A stretch of 40,316 nt of DNA, from the NCBI GenBank assembly GCA_947444255.1, contig CANEZU010000001.1, forward strand, positions 1-40,316, read 5' to 3'. Position 1 is the first letter of the stretch; the number at the start of each line of letters is the position of its first letter. The notes beneath the pieces are model-generated. The model was not told the DNA's origin and made no database searches. It saw only the letters and a program-made list of their open reading frames with translations. The position numbers were made by a program, and so were the translations under genes. Below are positions 1-10,700 of the stretch, in pieces. Source of the stretch: Flavobacteriaceae bacterium (GTDB taxonomy: Bacteria > Bacteroidota > Bacteroidia > Flavobacteriales > Flavobacteriaceae).

Positions 1-950
1 GGCGTTCCAGAAATTATTCCCGATGTAGTATTTAAAGTTAATCCTGAGGGCAAAGTAGGACTCGCAGAATAACTGATAACGGTTCCACCAGCAACACTTG
101 GACTTAGACTTGCAATTGCACTATTTCTAGTGAATATGTTTGAATTCGAATACGACAAAGCAGAGGGCGCGATATCATTTACGGTGATAAAAATTCCAAA
201 AGAGGTATTTCCACCAGAATTAGTAGCCGTGATAGTATAAGTTGCATCTGAACTAATGTTTATTGGAGTTCCAGAAATTATTCCCGTGGCAGTATTTAAA
301 GTTAATCCTAAGGGCAAAGTAGGACTCGCAGAATAACTGATAACGGTTCCACCAGCAACACTTGGACTTAGACTTGCAATTGCGCTATTTCGAGTGAATA
401 TGTCTGAATTCGAATACGACAAAGCGGAGGGTGCAATATCATTTACGGTGAAAGAAATTCCAAACGAAGTATTTCCAACAGAATTAGTAGCTGTTACAGT
501 AAATGTAGCATTTGGACTTACAGTAGTTGGCGTTCCAGAAATAACTCCTGTTAAAGTGTTTAATATTATGCCTGAGGGTAATGAAGGACTAACGGCATAA
601 CTTGTAACTGCACCACCAGAAATAGTTGGATTTAAACTTGATATTAATGTGTTTTTTGTTAACACATTCGAACTTGTATAGCTTAATGAAGTTGGAGCTA
701 TTTCATTTACGGTGATCAAGAGGTTAAAAGAAGTATTTCCAAGAGAATTAGTTGCAGTAACGCTATAATTGGTTAGTGCTTTTAATACCAAAGGAGTTCC
801 AGATATAACACCGGTGCTAGCGTTTAAAGATAAGCCACTTGACAAAGAAGGACTAATGGAATAAGTGCTTACTGTTTCAGAAACAGTCGGAATTATATTA
901 GTAATTGGACTACCAACAGAATATATATTTGGACTAGCATATGTTAATGG
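1..950 (-). repeat. Intragenic tandem repeat, 264-bp (88-aa) period, encoding putative Ig (He_PIG-like) domains
   Basis: The 'ccaga' anchor of the ISGTP motif recurs at 7, 271, 535 and 799, exactly 264 bp apart. Positions 47-119 and 311-383 are identical. Protein motif LPxGLxLNxxTGxISGTP...YTxTATNSxG. Confidence 0.9.
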
Positions 951-3900
951 AATTTTTGCACCATCGACAGAAATATTATTAAAACTAACTTTTGAATCCA
1001 TATTTGCAGTCATATTAGGACCGGTAAACCGAAGTCTTACTTTAAAATTCGGATTATTATTAGCGCTTATTAAAGCTGTGAAATCAGTTTCATATAGAAG
1101 GAAGTTGGATGTTAAAGCCAAAGAAGTAGCAGATAATCCGGTAGTAATCCACACAGGAGTTCCGGAATTAACAGCATAATCAATTGTTATTGCACTAGCA
1201 GCACCTTCATCGACAGCAGCAAAAGAAAATTTAATGTTTTTATAACCGCTTGTTGATAAATTAAAAACCATGCTGTTTTCTAAACCGCCACTTTGAAAGG
1301 GTTGTTTAATTTGAATTCCTTTCATATCACTCAATGCATAGGTCAAATTAGTATTGGCTTCGGGTTTATAATTAAGTGAAGTTGCACTATTTCTTCTTTC
1401 CATGGAGGCCTTACCATAATTCACATTTCCAGTTGTAAATGGATAACCTGCGAGACAGGATTGGTATTGTAAAGAAGCATCGACTCCTATTTTATAGGTT
1501 GGATTCAAAGTGGTCAACGGAGCTCCATTAACAATAGAACTATTCATTACCCAAAAATAGATTGGAGTACTAATTTCAGCAAAAGCAACAGGAATAAAAA
1601 CGGCAGTCACAGAAAAAGAGGCTGCAGAATCCATAGTAATTTCAGAGGTAGAGGCAGTTGAATCACCAGTCCAATGGCTAAAGGCAAAACCAGGTTTGGC
1701 GATTGCAGTTAATTTTACAGGAATATTTTGAAAATAAACCCCCGTCCAAGGATAGGGATTTCCAATAATTCCTGGGGTTCCAGCAATAACATCAATAGTA
1801 TTTATTTTAATATAACCGTGATTGACATTTGAAACATCTAAGATTGCGTTTATATTAGATGCAATTGCAAATGTTGTTCGAATGTGGTCCCTTTGGAATG
1901 TTGGTCTCGCATTGGCAAAATTAATTTCATAATCTATGAAATCCTGCCAGACAGCAGGAACTTTCCATCTTGCGGTTTGTCCCGCCATTTCGGGAGCAAT
2001 AACTGCTTTCATTTCATTAATTTTTGAAACGATTCGATCAGAGAGAAAAGAAGTATTTAACAAATCGGCAAAACGATTTATAAAATCTATTTTGTAAGTA
2101 GGATTTTCTAAAAGTTTCCGCAACAGCAAAGTTGACCATTCCGGATTTGTTGTATTTGTTGTAAATGAGGTAGCAGTTGCTAAAGTGTTACCATTAAAAT
2201 TAGCTGTACCAAAGGAAAAAGTATCATCCATATCATGAAGCATCCATCGCCATCTTCCGTCAAGGCCATAAGGAGCATTTGGCTGATACGAAGCCGTTTT
2301 ATTTCTCCAATATTGCACATTATTTCCGGGCCAATCGGAGTTTTGTAAAAAGATATTTGAAATGAAATAATCGCTAAAACTTTCAGGGTCAATTTGTGTT
2401 TTAATATAATCAAAATTGGCTGGAGTTGACAGAGAATTTGCAGTCAAATAATCCATCAAGGCAATATAATTGTTGTTATCGCCTTCTTGAGCAATTCCGT
2501 GATTTTCCAAAAAGTCAACCGCACTAGTATTATAAACTCTTTTAAAATATTCATTGTCATATCGTTCCCGAATATTTGAAATTCCCCAAAACTCTCCATT
2601 TAAAAAAGTCATCGCGGGTTGATAGGCTTCACTTTCTACATGTAAAGATTTACATATTTGATGACCTAATGCATCTCTAAACATTGTGTTTCTAAAATCA
2701 CTTCCGGAATTTGAAAGTGTCAGTCTTTGAAAGCTATTGTATATTAAATCAGGAAATACTTTATAATTTAAATTCGTTGTACCATAATCTGCTCGGGCAA
2801 ATACGGTAAGCGATTTACATTCGTATCTTCTAGTTGAGCTCCCACGAATACGCAAACCAACATCTTGATTAAGTACTTCGGCACCGTTTACAAAATAACT
2901 CATATTGGCTATTTTTTCATCATTTATACCTGCTCGATAATAGTTTCCTATTTCAAGACCTTGCGGTAATACTAAAGGATTCAAAGTTCTCCAATCATCA
3001 AAGTCTTTTCCGGCCACATATATTCCATTATCATAACTAAAAAGGCGGTCTTCGTTAGTACTCAAAGAAATAACAGGTAATGAAAATTTAGCACTTCCCT
3101 GCGGAGAAATAAAATAATTTCGTGTAATTACAAGACTTTGCAAAAAGCCAGGTTTTATTACTCTAACTCTTAGTACTGTTCCTTTAAAAATTGGACTAGT
3201 TGGAATGTAATAGGAAGGATCAAAGTCATAAGTTGATGAAATAGCTGCTATTTTATTTGCATCAGCAGCTCTATCAGAAATATTTATCGGACTGCTATAT
3301 TGCAAAGTTTGATAGGTTTGATTAATAAGAGGGCCTGACATATCCCCAGGAAGTCCGGGATATTGATTTTTATAAGTATAAGTTGTCCCAATTAAATTAC
3401 TTTCAACTGGTTCTGAACCGTCAAGAGTATACAAAATGGTAGCGCCTGAATCAGATGTTGACAAAGTTAGATTTAAGGAATTGGTAAAAAAGCCACTATT
3501 TTGAGAAATAACAGGCGGACTTAGAATACCGAAATAAGCAGTTGTAGTATTTTCTGCATTAGGTGTAGGAATTCCAAAAAAGGCATTTGAACTAGAACCA
3601 TTAGGAGACCTACCGTATGAAGTATTTGGTTGCAAAATAGCTGCTGGCAGAACATTTACAGTAACACCGCTGGAATTTGTTAATAAAACAGATTCTCCGG
3701 ATCCGCTAATTTTAAAATTCGTGTGCAAAGGACTACCTGATATCGCCCTATTTTTGTCGGATGCCCAAACTAATAAGTATTCTCCAGCTGCAATTGAAAC
3801 ACTTGGAAATGTCCATTTGTAAAGTAACAAAGGATCATCACTCAAACCATAACCGAGTAAATTTACTGTTGTAGACCCCGAATTATACAATTCGATCCAA

Positions 3901-4040
3901 TCCTGATAACTATTATCTTCATCTTTAACAGAGGAAGTGTTTGAGGCTAAAACTTCATTTATAACAATGGTTTGAGCCCAAAAGGAGTTAGAATAAGCAA
4001 TAAAAAAAAGACAAAAAACTAAAGATGTAAAATTTTTCAT
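1..4040 (-). CDS. Secreted CotH-kinase-family protein, paralog A (lamin-tail, Fn3-associated, CotH, InlB-B-like and unassigned domains, then at least 4 putative Ig repeats); 3' end lies beyond the window
   Basis: Not in the ORF track because there is no stop in the window. Manual translation from ATG at 4040 gives MKNFTSLVFCLFFIAYSNSFWAQTIVINEVLASN. The same frame gives GLRIRGSSTR (~2850), NTMFRDAL (~2680), SDWPGNN (~2330), DGRWRWMLHDMDD (~2240) and LPSGLTLNTTSGIISGT at the left edge. Colinear with the 4213-7581 and 7753-11109 proteins. Confidence 0.92.
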   Translation of the reverse strand, partial: MKNFTSLVFCLFFIAYSNSFWAQTIVINEVLASNTSSVKDEDNSYQDWIELYNSGSTTVNLLGYGLSDDPLLLYKWTFPSVSIAAGEYLLVWASDKNRAISGSPLHTNFKISGSGESVLLTNSSGVTVNVLPAAILQPNTSYGRSPNGSSSNAFFGIPTPNAENTTTAYFGILSPPVISQNSGFFTNSLNLTLSTSDSGATILYTLDGSEPVESNLIGTTYTYKNQYPGLPGDMSGPLINQTYQTLQYSSPINISDRAADANKIAAISSTYDFDPSYYIPTSPIFKGTVLRVRVIKPGFLQSLVITRNYFISPQGSAKFSLPVISLSTNEDRLFSYDNGIYVAGKDFDDWRTLNPLVLPQGLEIGNYYRAGINDEKIANMSYFVNGAEVLNQDVGLRIRGSSTRRYECKSLTVFARADYGTTNLNYKVFPDLIYNSFQRLTLSNSGSDFRNTMFRDALGHQICKSLHVESEAYQPAMTFLNGEFWGISNIRERYDNEYFKRVYNTSAVDFLENHGIAQEGDNNNYIALMDYLTANSLSTPANFDYIKTQIDPESFSDYFISNIFLQNSDWPGNNVQYWRNKTASYQPNAPYGLDGRWRWMLHDMDDTFSFGTANFNGNTLATATSFTTNTTNPEWSTLLLRKLLENPTYKIDFINRFADLLNTSFLSDRIVSKINEMKAVIAPEMAGQTARWKVPAVWQDFIDYEINFANARPTFQRDHIRTTFAIASNINAILDVSNVNHGYIKINTIDVIAGTPGIIGNPYPWTGVYFQNIPVKLTAIAKPGFAFSHWTGDSTASTSEITMDSAASFSVTAVFIPVAFAEISTPIYFWVMNSSIVNGAPLTTLNPTYKIGVDASLQYQSCLAGYPFTTGNVNYGKASMERRNSATSLNYKPEANTNLTYALSDMKGIQIKQPFQSGGLENSMVFNLSTSGYKNIKFSFAAVDEGAASAITIDYAVNSGTPVWITTGLSATSLALTSNFLLYETDFTALISANNNPNFKVRLRFTGPNMTANMDSKVSFNNISVDGAKIPLTYASPNIYSVGSPITNIIPTVSETVSTYSISPSLSSGLSLNASTGVISGTPLVLKALTNYSVTATNSLGNTSFNLLITVNEIAPTSLSYTSSNVLTKNTLISSLNPTISGGAVTSYAVSPSLPSGIILNTLTGVISGTPTTVSPNATFTVTATNSVGNTSFGISFTVNDIAPSALSYSNSDIFTRNSAIASLSPSVAGGTVISYSASPTLPLGLTLNTATGIISGTPINISSDATYTITATNSGGNTSFGIFITVNDIAPSALSYSNSNIFTRNSAIASLSPSVAGGTVISYSASPTLPSGLTLNTTSGIISGT

Positions 4041-4060
4041 ACGTTTGAATTTTAGACTAT

Positions 4061-4126
4061 TAAAGTTATAGTATCTGTGATAATCTAAATTTTATTATCG
4101 ACACATAGCTAATTTATCGGATGAAC
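4061..4126 (-). promoter_or_regulatory. Putative promoter of paralog A: -7-like box TAACTTTA plus upstream imperfect direct-repeat motif
   Basis: Plus strand taaagtta at 4061-4068 and atcgacacatagctaatttatcggatgaac at 4097-4126. Conserved upstream of paralog B and partly of paralog C. Confidence 0.55.
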
Positions 4127-4156
4127 AGTTTGATATTGAATTGTACTATTATTATT

Positions 4157-4193
4157 AAAAAAAAAGGAGAGAACCTATTGGTTTTCTCCTTTT
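4157..4193 (-). terminator. Intrinsic terminator after paralog B
   Basis: aaaaggagagaacc-tatt-ggttttctcctttt hairpin with an A-run on its left (U-run on the minus strand), about 20 bp after the stop at 4213. Confidence 0.8.
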
Positions 4194-4212
4194 ACTATTA
4201 GAATGCAGTATT

Positions 4213-7200
4213 TTATCTTTTTATAATTTTTTTGGTTTCTGTCTTACCTTCGGATGTTAATTGTAGTAAGTAAATTCCTTTATTTAAGTCTGTTAAATTG
4301 ATTTTATTATTTTCAAGAATATTATTTTTTATTATTTTTCCATCGATAGTAAATAATTTATAAACAACTAAATCAGATTGATTTATACCGCTAATGGATA
4401 CAAAATCGGAAAAAGGATTAGGATATACTGAAAATTTCAGTGTTTGATTTTGAACAGTAGATAAAGGCAATTGTGTTCCGTAGACGGCGATATTATTAAA
4501 AGTAATTCGAGCGCCTGTATCTGCAGTCATATTTGTTCCTGAGAATCTCAAACGGATCTTTAAATTTGAATTATCATTTGCTGCCGTAATTGAAGAAAGA
4601 TCGACATTAAATAATTGATATCCAGCAGTCAAAGGAAAAGAATTATTTGCTATTCCAGTGGAAATCCAAACTGGAGTTCCAGAATTCACAGCATATTCTA
4701 CAATTATAGCGTTGGAATTTGTAAGTTCATTTATTGCTGCAAACGAAAACCTAATATCTTTATATTTACTCGTTGAAATATTAAACACCATTAAATTTTC
4801 AAGACCATTGTTTTGAAAAGGCTCTTTAATTTCAAGTCCTTTCATATCGCTTGAAGCAAATGTGATATTATTATTAGCTTCAGGAATATAATTTATTTCA
4901 GTAGGACTATTTCTTCTTTCCATAGCAGCTTTGCCGTAATTTGGATTAGAAGTCACAAAAGGATATCCAATCAAGCAAGATTGATATTGAATTATACCAT
5001 CGGTAGTTCCGGCTTTAAAGCTATTATTTAAGGTTTGAAAAGGTTGGTTGTTAGCAACAGTACCGTCAATCAACCAATAATAAATGGGGTGGCTTGTCGC
5101 TACTGATTCTGGAACAAAAATAGCAGTCAAATTGAAATTGCTTGATGAGTTAACTGTTATTTCAGGATTAGTACTTGTTGAAGCGCCTGACCAATGGCTA
5201 AAAGTGAATCCAGGATTAGCGATGGCTTTAATGGTGAGCGGAATATTAGAAAAATAAATTCCGGTCCAAGGATAGGGATAAGACACAATTCCAGGAGTTC
5301 CAAATTTTACATCAATCGTATTCATTTTTATATAGCCCTGTCCAGGACTTGACACGTCTAAAACTGCATTAATATTAGAGCTAATTCCAAATTGAGACCG
5401 AATATGGTTTCTTTGAAAAGCGGGTCTTTCATTGGCAAATTGAATTTCAGAATCAAGGAAAAAAGTCCAATCACCTTCATCTACCGGCGCTTTCCAACGG
5501 GCAAATTGATTTGGCATTTCAGGAGCAATAACCGCTTTCATTTTATCCATTTGTGTGAGGATTCTGGTGGATAAAAAAGTAGTATTTAATAAATCGGCAA
5601 AACGGTTTATGAATGCCAATTTAAAACCTTCATTTGACATCATGTTTCTAAATACGAGCGTGGACCAAGCGGGATTGCTTACTTTAATGCTATTTGCATC
5701 TAGTGCATCAAATAAGGTGTTGAGGTTGATATCCATGGATGAAATAGCATAGGTGTCATCGGTGTCATGAGCGACCCATCTCCATCTACCATCTTGCCCA
5801 AAAGGTGCATTTGGTTGAAAGGAAGTTGTTTTTTTTCTCCAATAAATAATATTATTTCCGGGCCAGTCGGAGTTTTCCAGAAATATATTGGAAATAAAAT
5901 AATCCTTATAACTTTCTTGATCAATTTGAGTTGTAAAATAATCATAATTGGTCTGAGTAGCTAATGAATTTATACCAGCATAAGCCATTAATGCTCTGTA
6001 ATTTATATCGTCTCCTTCATCGATTACGCCATCATTTTCCAGAAGATCAATCTCTTTAGTGGGGATATTCAGTACCCTTTGATAATAGTCTTTATCGATT
6101 TTATCTCTTAGATTCAACATGCCCCAGAACTCCCCATTTATAAAAGTTATGGTGGGTTGATAGCCTTTTGTGGTAACATTTAGCGGTCTCATTAATTCGT
6201 GATTCAAGGCATCTCTGAACATCGTTTGATTAAAATCATTACCAGAGTTTCGAAGAACAAAAGCAGTATAAGTACTATAAGGTCTGTCTTTGAAAAAAGG
6301 ATATTTCAATGAATTATCACCATAATCAGAACGGGCATAAATATTAAAGGATTTGCATTGAAAATCTCTTGAAGAAGCACCATGAAGTCTAATGCCGACA
6401 TCCTGATTGATTACTTCGGCACCATTGACAAAGTAGGACATATTTGCAACTCTTTCGCTTGTAGGCCCTACTCTAAAATAATTAGCGATTCCACCTTCAA
6501 GACCAGCAGGCTCGAGAGTAGGATTGGCAGTTCGCCAATCGTCGAAATCTTTACCCGCTACATAAATCCCATTATTATAGTCAAAGAGTTTGTTTTCATC
6601 AATACTTAAAGACACAACAGGTAACGAAAATAGGCTAGCTGCTAATGGACTGATATAAAAAGATTTAGATGCGGTTCTGCTATCTAGTGCCCCAGCTTTA
6701 ATTAACTTAGCTCTAACCACAGTTCCTTTATAAATGGGAGTTTGTGGAATATATGTTGGACTAAAAGCATAGGTTGTTGAAATGGTAGAAATTTGGTTGG
6801 GCTGAGCAGATCGATCCGAAATTGTTATTGGAACAGTATATTGATAAGTATTGAGACTTCGGTTCAATAGAGTTCCTGTTGCTTGACCAACATGCTCTGG
6901 GTATTGATTTTTATAACTGTAAGTTGTTCCGCCAATATTCGCAGCATTGGGTTCAGACCCATCTAAGGTATATAAAATAGTTGCACCAGGATTTGTAGTT
7001 GATAAGGTTAAGTTAAAGCCAGCAGTAAAAAAACCAGCAACATGAGAAAATGTTGGCGGGCTTAATGCTTCAGAGAAACCAATAGTTGAATTTGCAGCTG
7101 CTGGAGTCACAGTATTAAAGAAAGCAAAATTAGGAGATCCGTCCGGCATCCGACCATATGAAATGTTTTGCAAAAGCGCTTTTGGAGGAACGGAGTCTAC

Positions 7201-7581
7201 AGTAGTACCTAGAGGGCTCGTTAAAGTAATGGTATTTCCGGAAGCACTTATTTTAAAATTAGTATGAAGAGGTTTAGTAGGATCGGTTCGATTCTTATCA
7301 GAACACCACACTAACAGGTACTGCCCCGGATTTATGGTCACATTTGGAAACACCCATTTGAAGGCTATATTCACATCATCAGATAAACCGTAACCGGATA
7401 AATTTATAGCAGTAGTTCCGTTGTTGAATAATTCTACCCAATCCTGATAGGAATTATCTTCATCTTGATTGATGTTGGAGTTTGAAGCAAGAATTTCATT
7501 AATGACAACAGATTGTGCCCAAAAAGAGTTAGAAAAAGCAATAAAAAAAAGACAATAAACGGCAGTTGTAATATTTTTCAT
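4213..7581 (-). CDS. Secreted CotH-kinase-family protein, paralog B, with T9SS type A sorting domain
   Basis: Signal peptide; lamin-tail (VINEILASN...DWVELFN); Fn3-associated (YTLDGSEP); CotH motifs (GIRLHGASSR, LRNSGND, FINGEFWG, DWPGNN, RWRWVAHDTD); FSHWSG InlB-B-like repeat; C-terminal VYPNPF...KGIYLLQL...KKIIKR. Confidence 0.93.
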   Translation of the reverse strand: MKNITTAVYCLFFIAFSNSFWAQSVVINEILASNSNINQDEDNSYQDWVELFNNGTTAINLSGYGLSDDVNIAFKWVFPNVTINPGQYLLVWCSDKNRTDPTKPLHTNFKISASGNTITLTSPLGTTVDSVPPKALLQNISYGRMPDGSPNFAFFNTVTPAAANSTIGFSEALSPPTFSHVAGFFTAGFNLTLSTTNPGATILYTLDGSEPNAANIGGTTYSYKNQYPEHVGQATGTLLNRSLNTYQYTVPITISDRSAQPNQISTISTTYAFSPTYIPQTPIYKGTVVRAKLIKAGALDSRTASKSFYISPLAASLFSLPVVSLSIDENKLFDYNNGIYVAGKDFDDWRTANPTLEPAGLEGGIANYFRVGPTSERVANMSYFVNGAEVINQDVGIRLHGASSRDFQCKSFNIYARSDYGDNSLKYPFFKDRPYSTYTAFVLRNSGNDFNQTMFRDALNHELMRPLNVTTKGYQPTITFINGEFWGMLNLRDKIDKDYYQRVLNIPTKEIDLLENDGVIDEGDDINYRALMAYAGINSLATQTNYDYFTTQIDQESYKDYFISNIFLENSDWPGNNIIYWRKKTTSFQPNAPFGQDGRWRWVAHDTDDTYAISSMDINLNTLFDALDANSIKVSNPAWSTLVFRNMMSNEGFKLAFINRFADLLNTTFLSTRILTQMDKMKAVIAPEMPNQFARWKAPVDEGDWTFFLDSEIQFANERPAFQRNHIRSQFGISSNINAVLDVSSPGQGYIKMNTIDVKFGTPGIVSYPYPWTGIYFSNIPLTIKAIANPGFTFSHWSGASTSTNPEITVNSSSNFNLTAIFVPESVATSHPIYYWLIDGTVANNQPFQTLNNSFKAGTTDGIIQYQSCLIGYPFVTSNPNYGKAAMERRNSPTEINYIPEANNNITFASSDMKGLEIKEPFQNNGLENLMVFNISTSKYKDIRFSFAAINELTNSNAIIVEYAVNSGTPVWISTGIANNSFPLTAGYQLFNVDLSSITAANDNSNLKIRLRFSGTNMTADTGARITFNNIAVYGTQLPLSTVQNQTLKFSVYPNPFSDFVSISGINQSDLVVYKLFTIDGKIIKNNILENNKINLTDLNKGIYLLQLTSEGKTETKKIIKR

Positions 7582-7601
7582 ATATATGATTATTAGACTA
7601 T

Positions 7602-7668
7602 TAAAATTAAATATATATATATTAATAAATATGTTTTAATCGACACACAGTTAATTTATCGGATAAAC
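7602..7668 (-). promoter_or_regulatory. Putative promoter of paralog B, homologous to 4061-4126
   Basis: taaaatta at 7602-7609 (TAATTTTA on the minus strand) and atcgacacacagttaatttatcggataaac starting at 7639. Confidence 0.55.
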
Positions 7669-7698
7669 AGTTTAATATAACTAAGAAATATTTTTTAT

Positions 7699-7733
7699 AA
7701 AAAAAGGAGATAATCTAATGATTATCTCCTTTT
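7699..7733 (-). terminator. Intrinsic terminator after paralog C
   Basis: aaaaggagataatc-taat-gattatctcctttt perfect hairpin. Homologous to 4162-4193 with stem-preserving substitutions. Confidence 0.82.
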
Positions 7734-7752
7734 AAAGAATTGAATTCGAGAG

Positions 7753-10700
7753 TTATTTTTTAACAATTTTTTTAATTTCTGTTTTCTCATTGGAAGAAAG
7801 TTGAAGGAGATAAATCCCCTTATCTAAATCGGTTAAATCAATTTTATTATTTTCTAGACTATTATATTTTATTAATTTCCCATCAATAGTAAATAATTTA
7901 TAAGAAACTAAATTGGCTTGATTTATTCCGTTTATCGATATAAAATCTAAAAAAGGATTTGGGTAAACTGAAAATTGTTGTGCTTCATTTTGAACAACAG
8001 CAAGAGGTAATTGCGTTCCGTGAACCACAATATTATTAAAAGTAATACGTGCCCCCGTGTCTGCTGTCATATTTGAGCCTGAGAATCTCAAACGCACTTT
8101 AAAATTTGGATTATCATTTGCTGAGGTAACAGAAGAAAGGTCTACATTAAATAATTGATAGGAAGCTGTTAGCGGAAAGGAATTGGAAGTCAAGCCAGTT
8201 GACATCCAAAAAGGCAATCCAGAATTTAACGCATATTCTACTATTATATTTTCGGCATTAGTTAATTCATTTATTGCTGCAAAAGAAAATTTTATGTCTT
8301 TATATTTACTTGTAGAAAAATTAAAAACCATTGTGTTTTCAAGACCATTGTTTAGAAAAGGCTCTTTAATTTGTAATCCTCTCATGTTGCTAGTTGCGAA
8401 AGTAATATTATTATTCAAATAAGGAATATAATTGATCTCTGTTGGACCATTTCTTCTTTCCATTGATGCTTTTCTCCAATTTAAATCAGAAGAAACGAAA
8501 GGATATCCAAGTAAACAGGATGAAAAATTGATTACACCATCGTTAATTCCTGCTTTATAAGAGGTGTTTAAAGTTTCAAGCGGCAGGTTATTAGCAATGA
8601 TATTGTCAAACATCCAAAAGTAAATAGGTTGACTTGAAGCTACAGTTTCAGTTACAAACACTGCTGTTATATCATAACTCTTATCCATAGTAATTGTAAT
8701 TTCCGGATTTGTACTAGAAGATGCGCCAGACCAATGGCTAAAACTAAATCCAGGATAAGCAATAGCTTTTAAAGAAATAGGAATATTAGAGAAATAGATT
8801 CCTGACCATGGATATGGAGTTAGTAAAATTCCATCAGTACCTTCTTTTATTTCAATGCTGTTCATTTTAATAAAGCCTTGTTCGGCTCCGGAAACATTAA
8901 GTGTTGCATTGATATTTGAATTAATATTGAAAACACTTCGGATATGATTTCTTTGAAAGTCAGGTCTTTGATTAAGAAAACTTAATTCATGATTAATTGA
9001 CCAATCATAACTGCTTTTGTTAGATGGGGATTTCCATCTGTCAATATGCTCTGGAATTGTAGGATAAATCACAGATTTCATGCTGTTTAATAACGAGGTA
9101 GTTCTAGAAGGCAAGAAAGTGGTATTTAATAGATCAGCAAAGCGATTAATGAAGTCGTTTTTAAAAGTAGTATTTTCTAAAAGTTTTCTAAGAATTAAAG
9201 TTGAATATTCAGGGTTAACATCAGTAGTATTTACAGAGGTTGCCACTTCTAATGTATTTGAATTCATATCTCCTGAAACAAAAGAAAAACTATTGTCCAT
9301 ATCATGATACAACCATCTCCATCGGCCATCAAGTCCATTTGGCGCACCAAGATTATTTACTACAATTTTATTTCTCCAATACTGAATATTATTATTTGGC
9401 CAATCTTCATTTTCGAGAAAAATATTAGAAATATAATAGTCCGTTAAATTTATAGGATCCAACTGTGTTTTTATGTATTCGTAATTAGTAGGATTTACTA
9501 AAGAATTGGTAGTTAAATAATCTATTAAAGCATTGTAATTAAGATCGTCTCCTTCCATTATATTGGCATCATTTTCTAAAAAATCGACAGCAGTGGCATT
9601 GTAAACTCTTTTAAAATAATCGATATCGTAGCGATCGCGTATGTTTAAAATTCCCCAAAACTCTCCATTTATAAAAGTAACAGTAGGCTGATAAGACTCC
9701 TTTTCAGGATGTAAATATTTACATATTTGTTGATTTAAAGCATCTCTAAACATTGTATTCTGGAAATCACCACCCGAATTCCTAAGAACTAATGCGGTGA
9801 AACTATCATACGGCAAATCGCCAAAAAACTTATAATCTAAAGTACCTTTTCCATAATCAGAACGAGCATATATTGTCAATGATTTACTTTCAAAAGTTCT
9901 CGAAATTCCGCCTCTTATGCGTAAACCCACCTCTTGATTAATAACTTCTGTTCCATTTACATAATAGGACATATTGGCGACTTTTTCATTTGCTCTGCCA
10001 GTACGATAGTAATTACCAATTCCTTCTAGCCACTTTGGATCAGTTGTTGGGTTGTTAATTCTCCAGGTATCACTGTCAATCCCGGGAACATAAATCCCTT
10101 TGTCATAATCAAAAAACTGATCTTCATCTATACTTAAAGATACGATAGGAAGAGAAAATCGATTGATCCCAGAAGGATTAATAAAATAAGTTTTGGATAC
10201 TGTTTTGCTTTCTAATGCTCCTGGTTTAATTACTTTAGCTCTTACTACAGTTCCTTTAAAAACAGGATTTATAGGTATATATGTTGGGTCAAAAGAAAAG
10301 GTTGTAGCTATTGCAGCAATTTTATTAGGTTTGGAAGAACAATCTACAATAGAAATAGGGGTAACGAACTCTAAGGTTTTGAAACTTTCGGTAAAAAAAG
10401 GACCAGTGGCATCACCAATATTTTCAGGATATTGATTTTTATATCTATAGGTAGTTCCTCCTAAATTAGATTGTTTTGGTTCAGACCCATCAAGGGTATA
10501 CAAAACTGTTGCGCCCGGAACGGAAGTAGTTAGTGTTAAATCAAACTCAGAAGTAGAAAAAGTAGCTGAATTTGAGAATATTGGTGGACTTAAAATTTCA
10601 TTATACCCTATGTCTGAGTTTAATGCTGCAGGTGTTACTTGTGCAAAATAAACGAAGGGACCACTGCCATTGGGTAATCGACCATAGGATACATTTTGCA

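Noticed and set aside
1-950. Regular repeats as a possible CRISPR array
   Set aside because: The period is 264 bp, in frame and protein-coding, with no short repeat/unique spacer structure and no cas genes.
394-2413. Short ORFs 394-600, 865-1179 and 2180-2413
   Set aside because: Antisense or off-frame shadows of the long minus-strand CotH gene starting at 4040.
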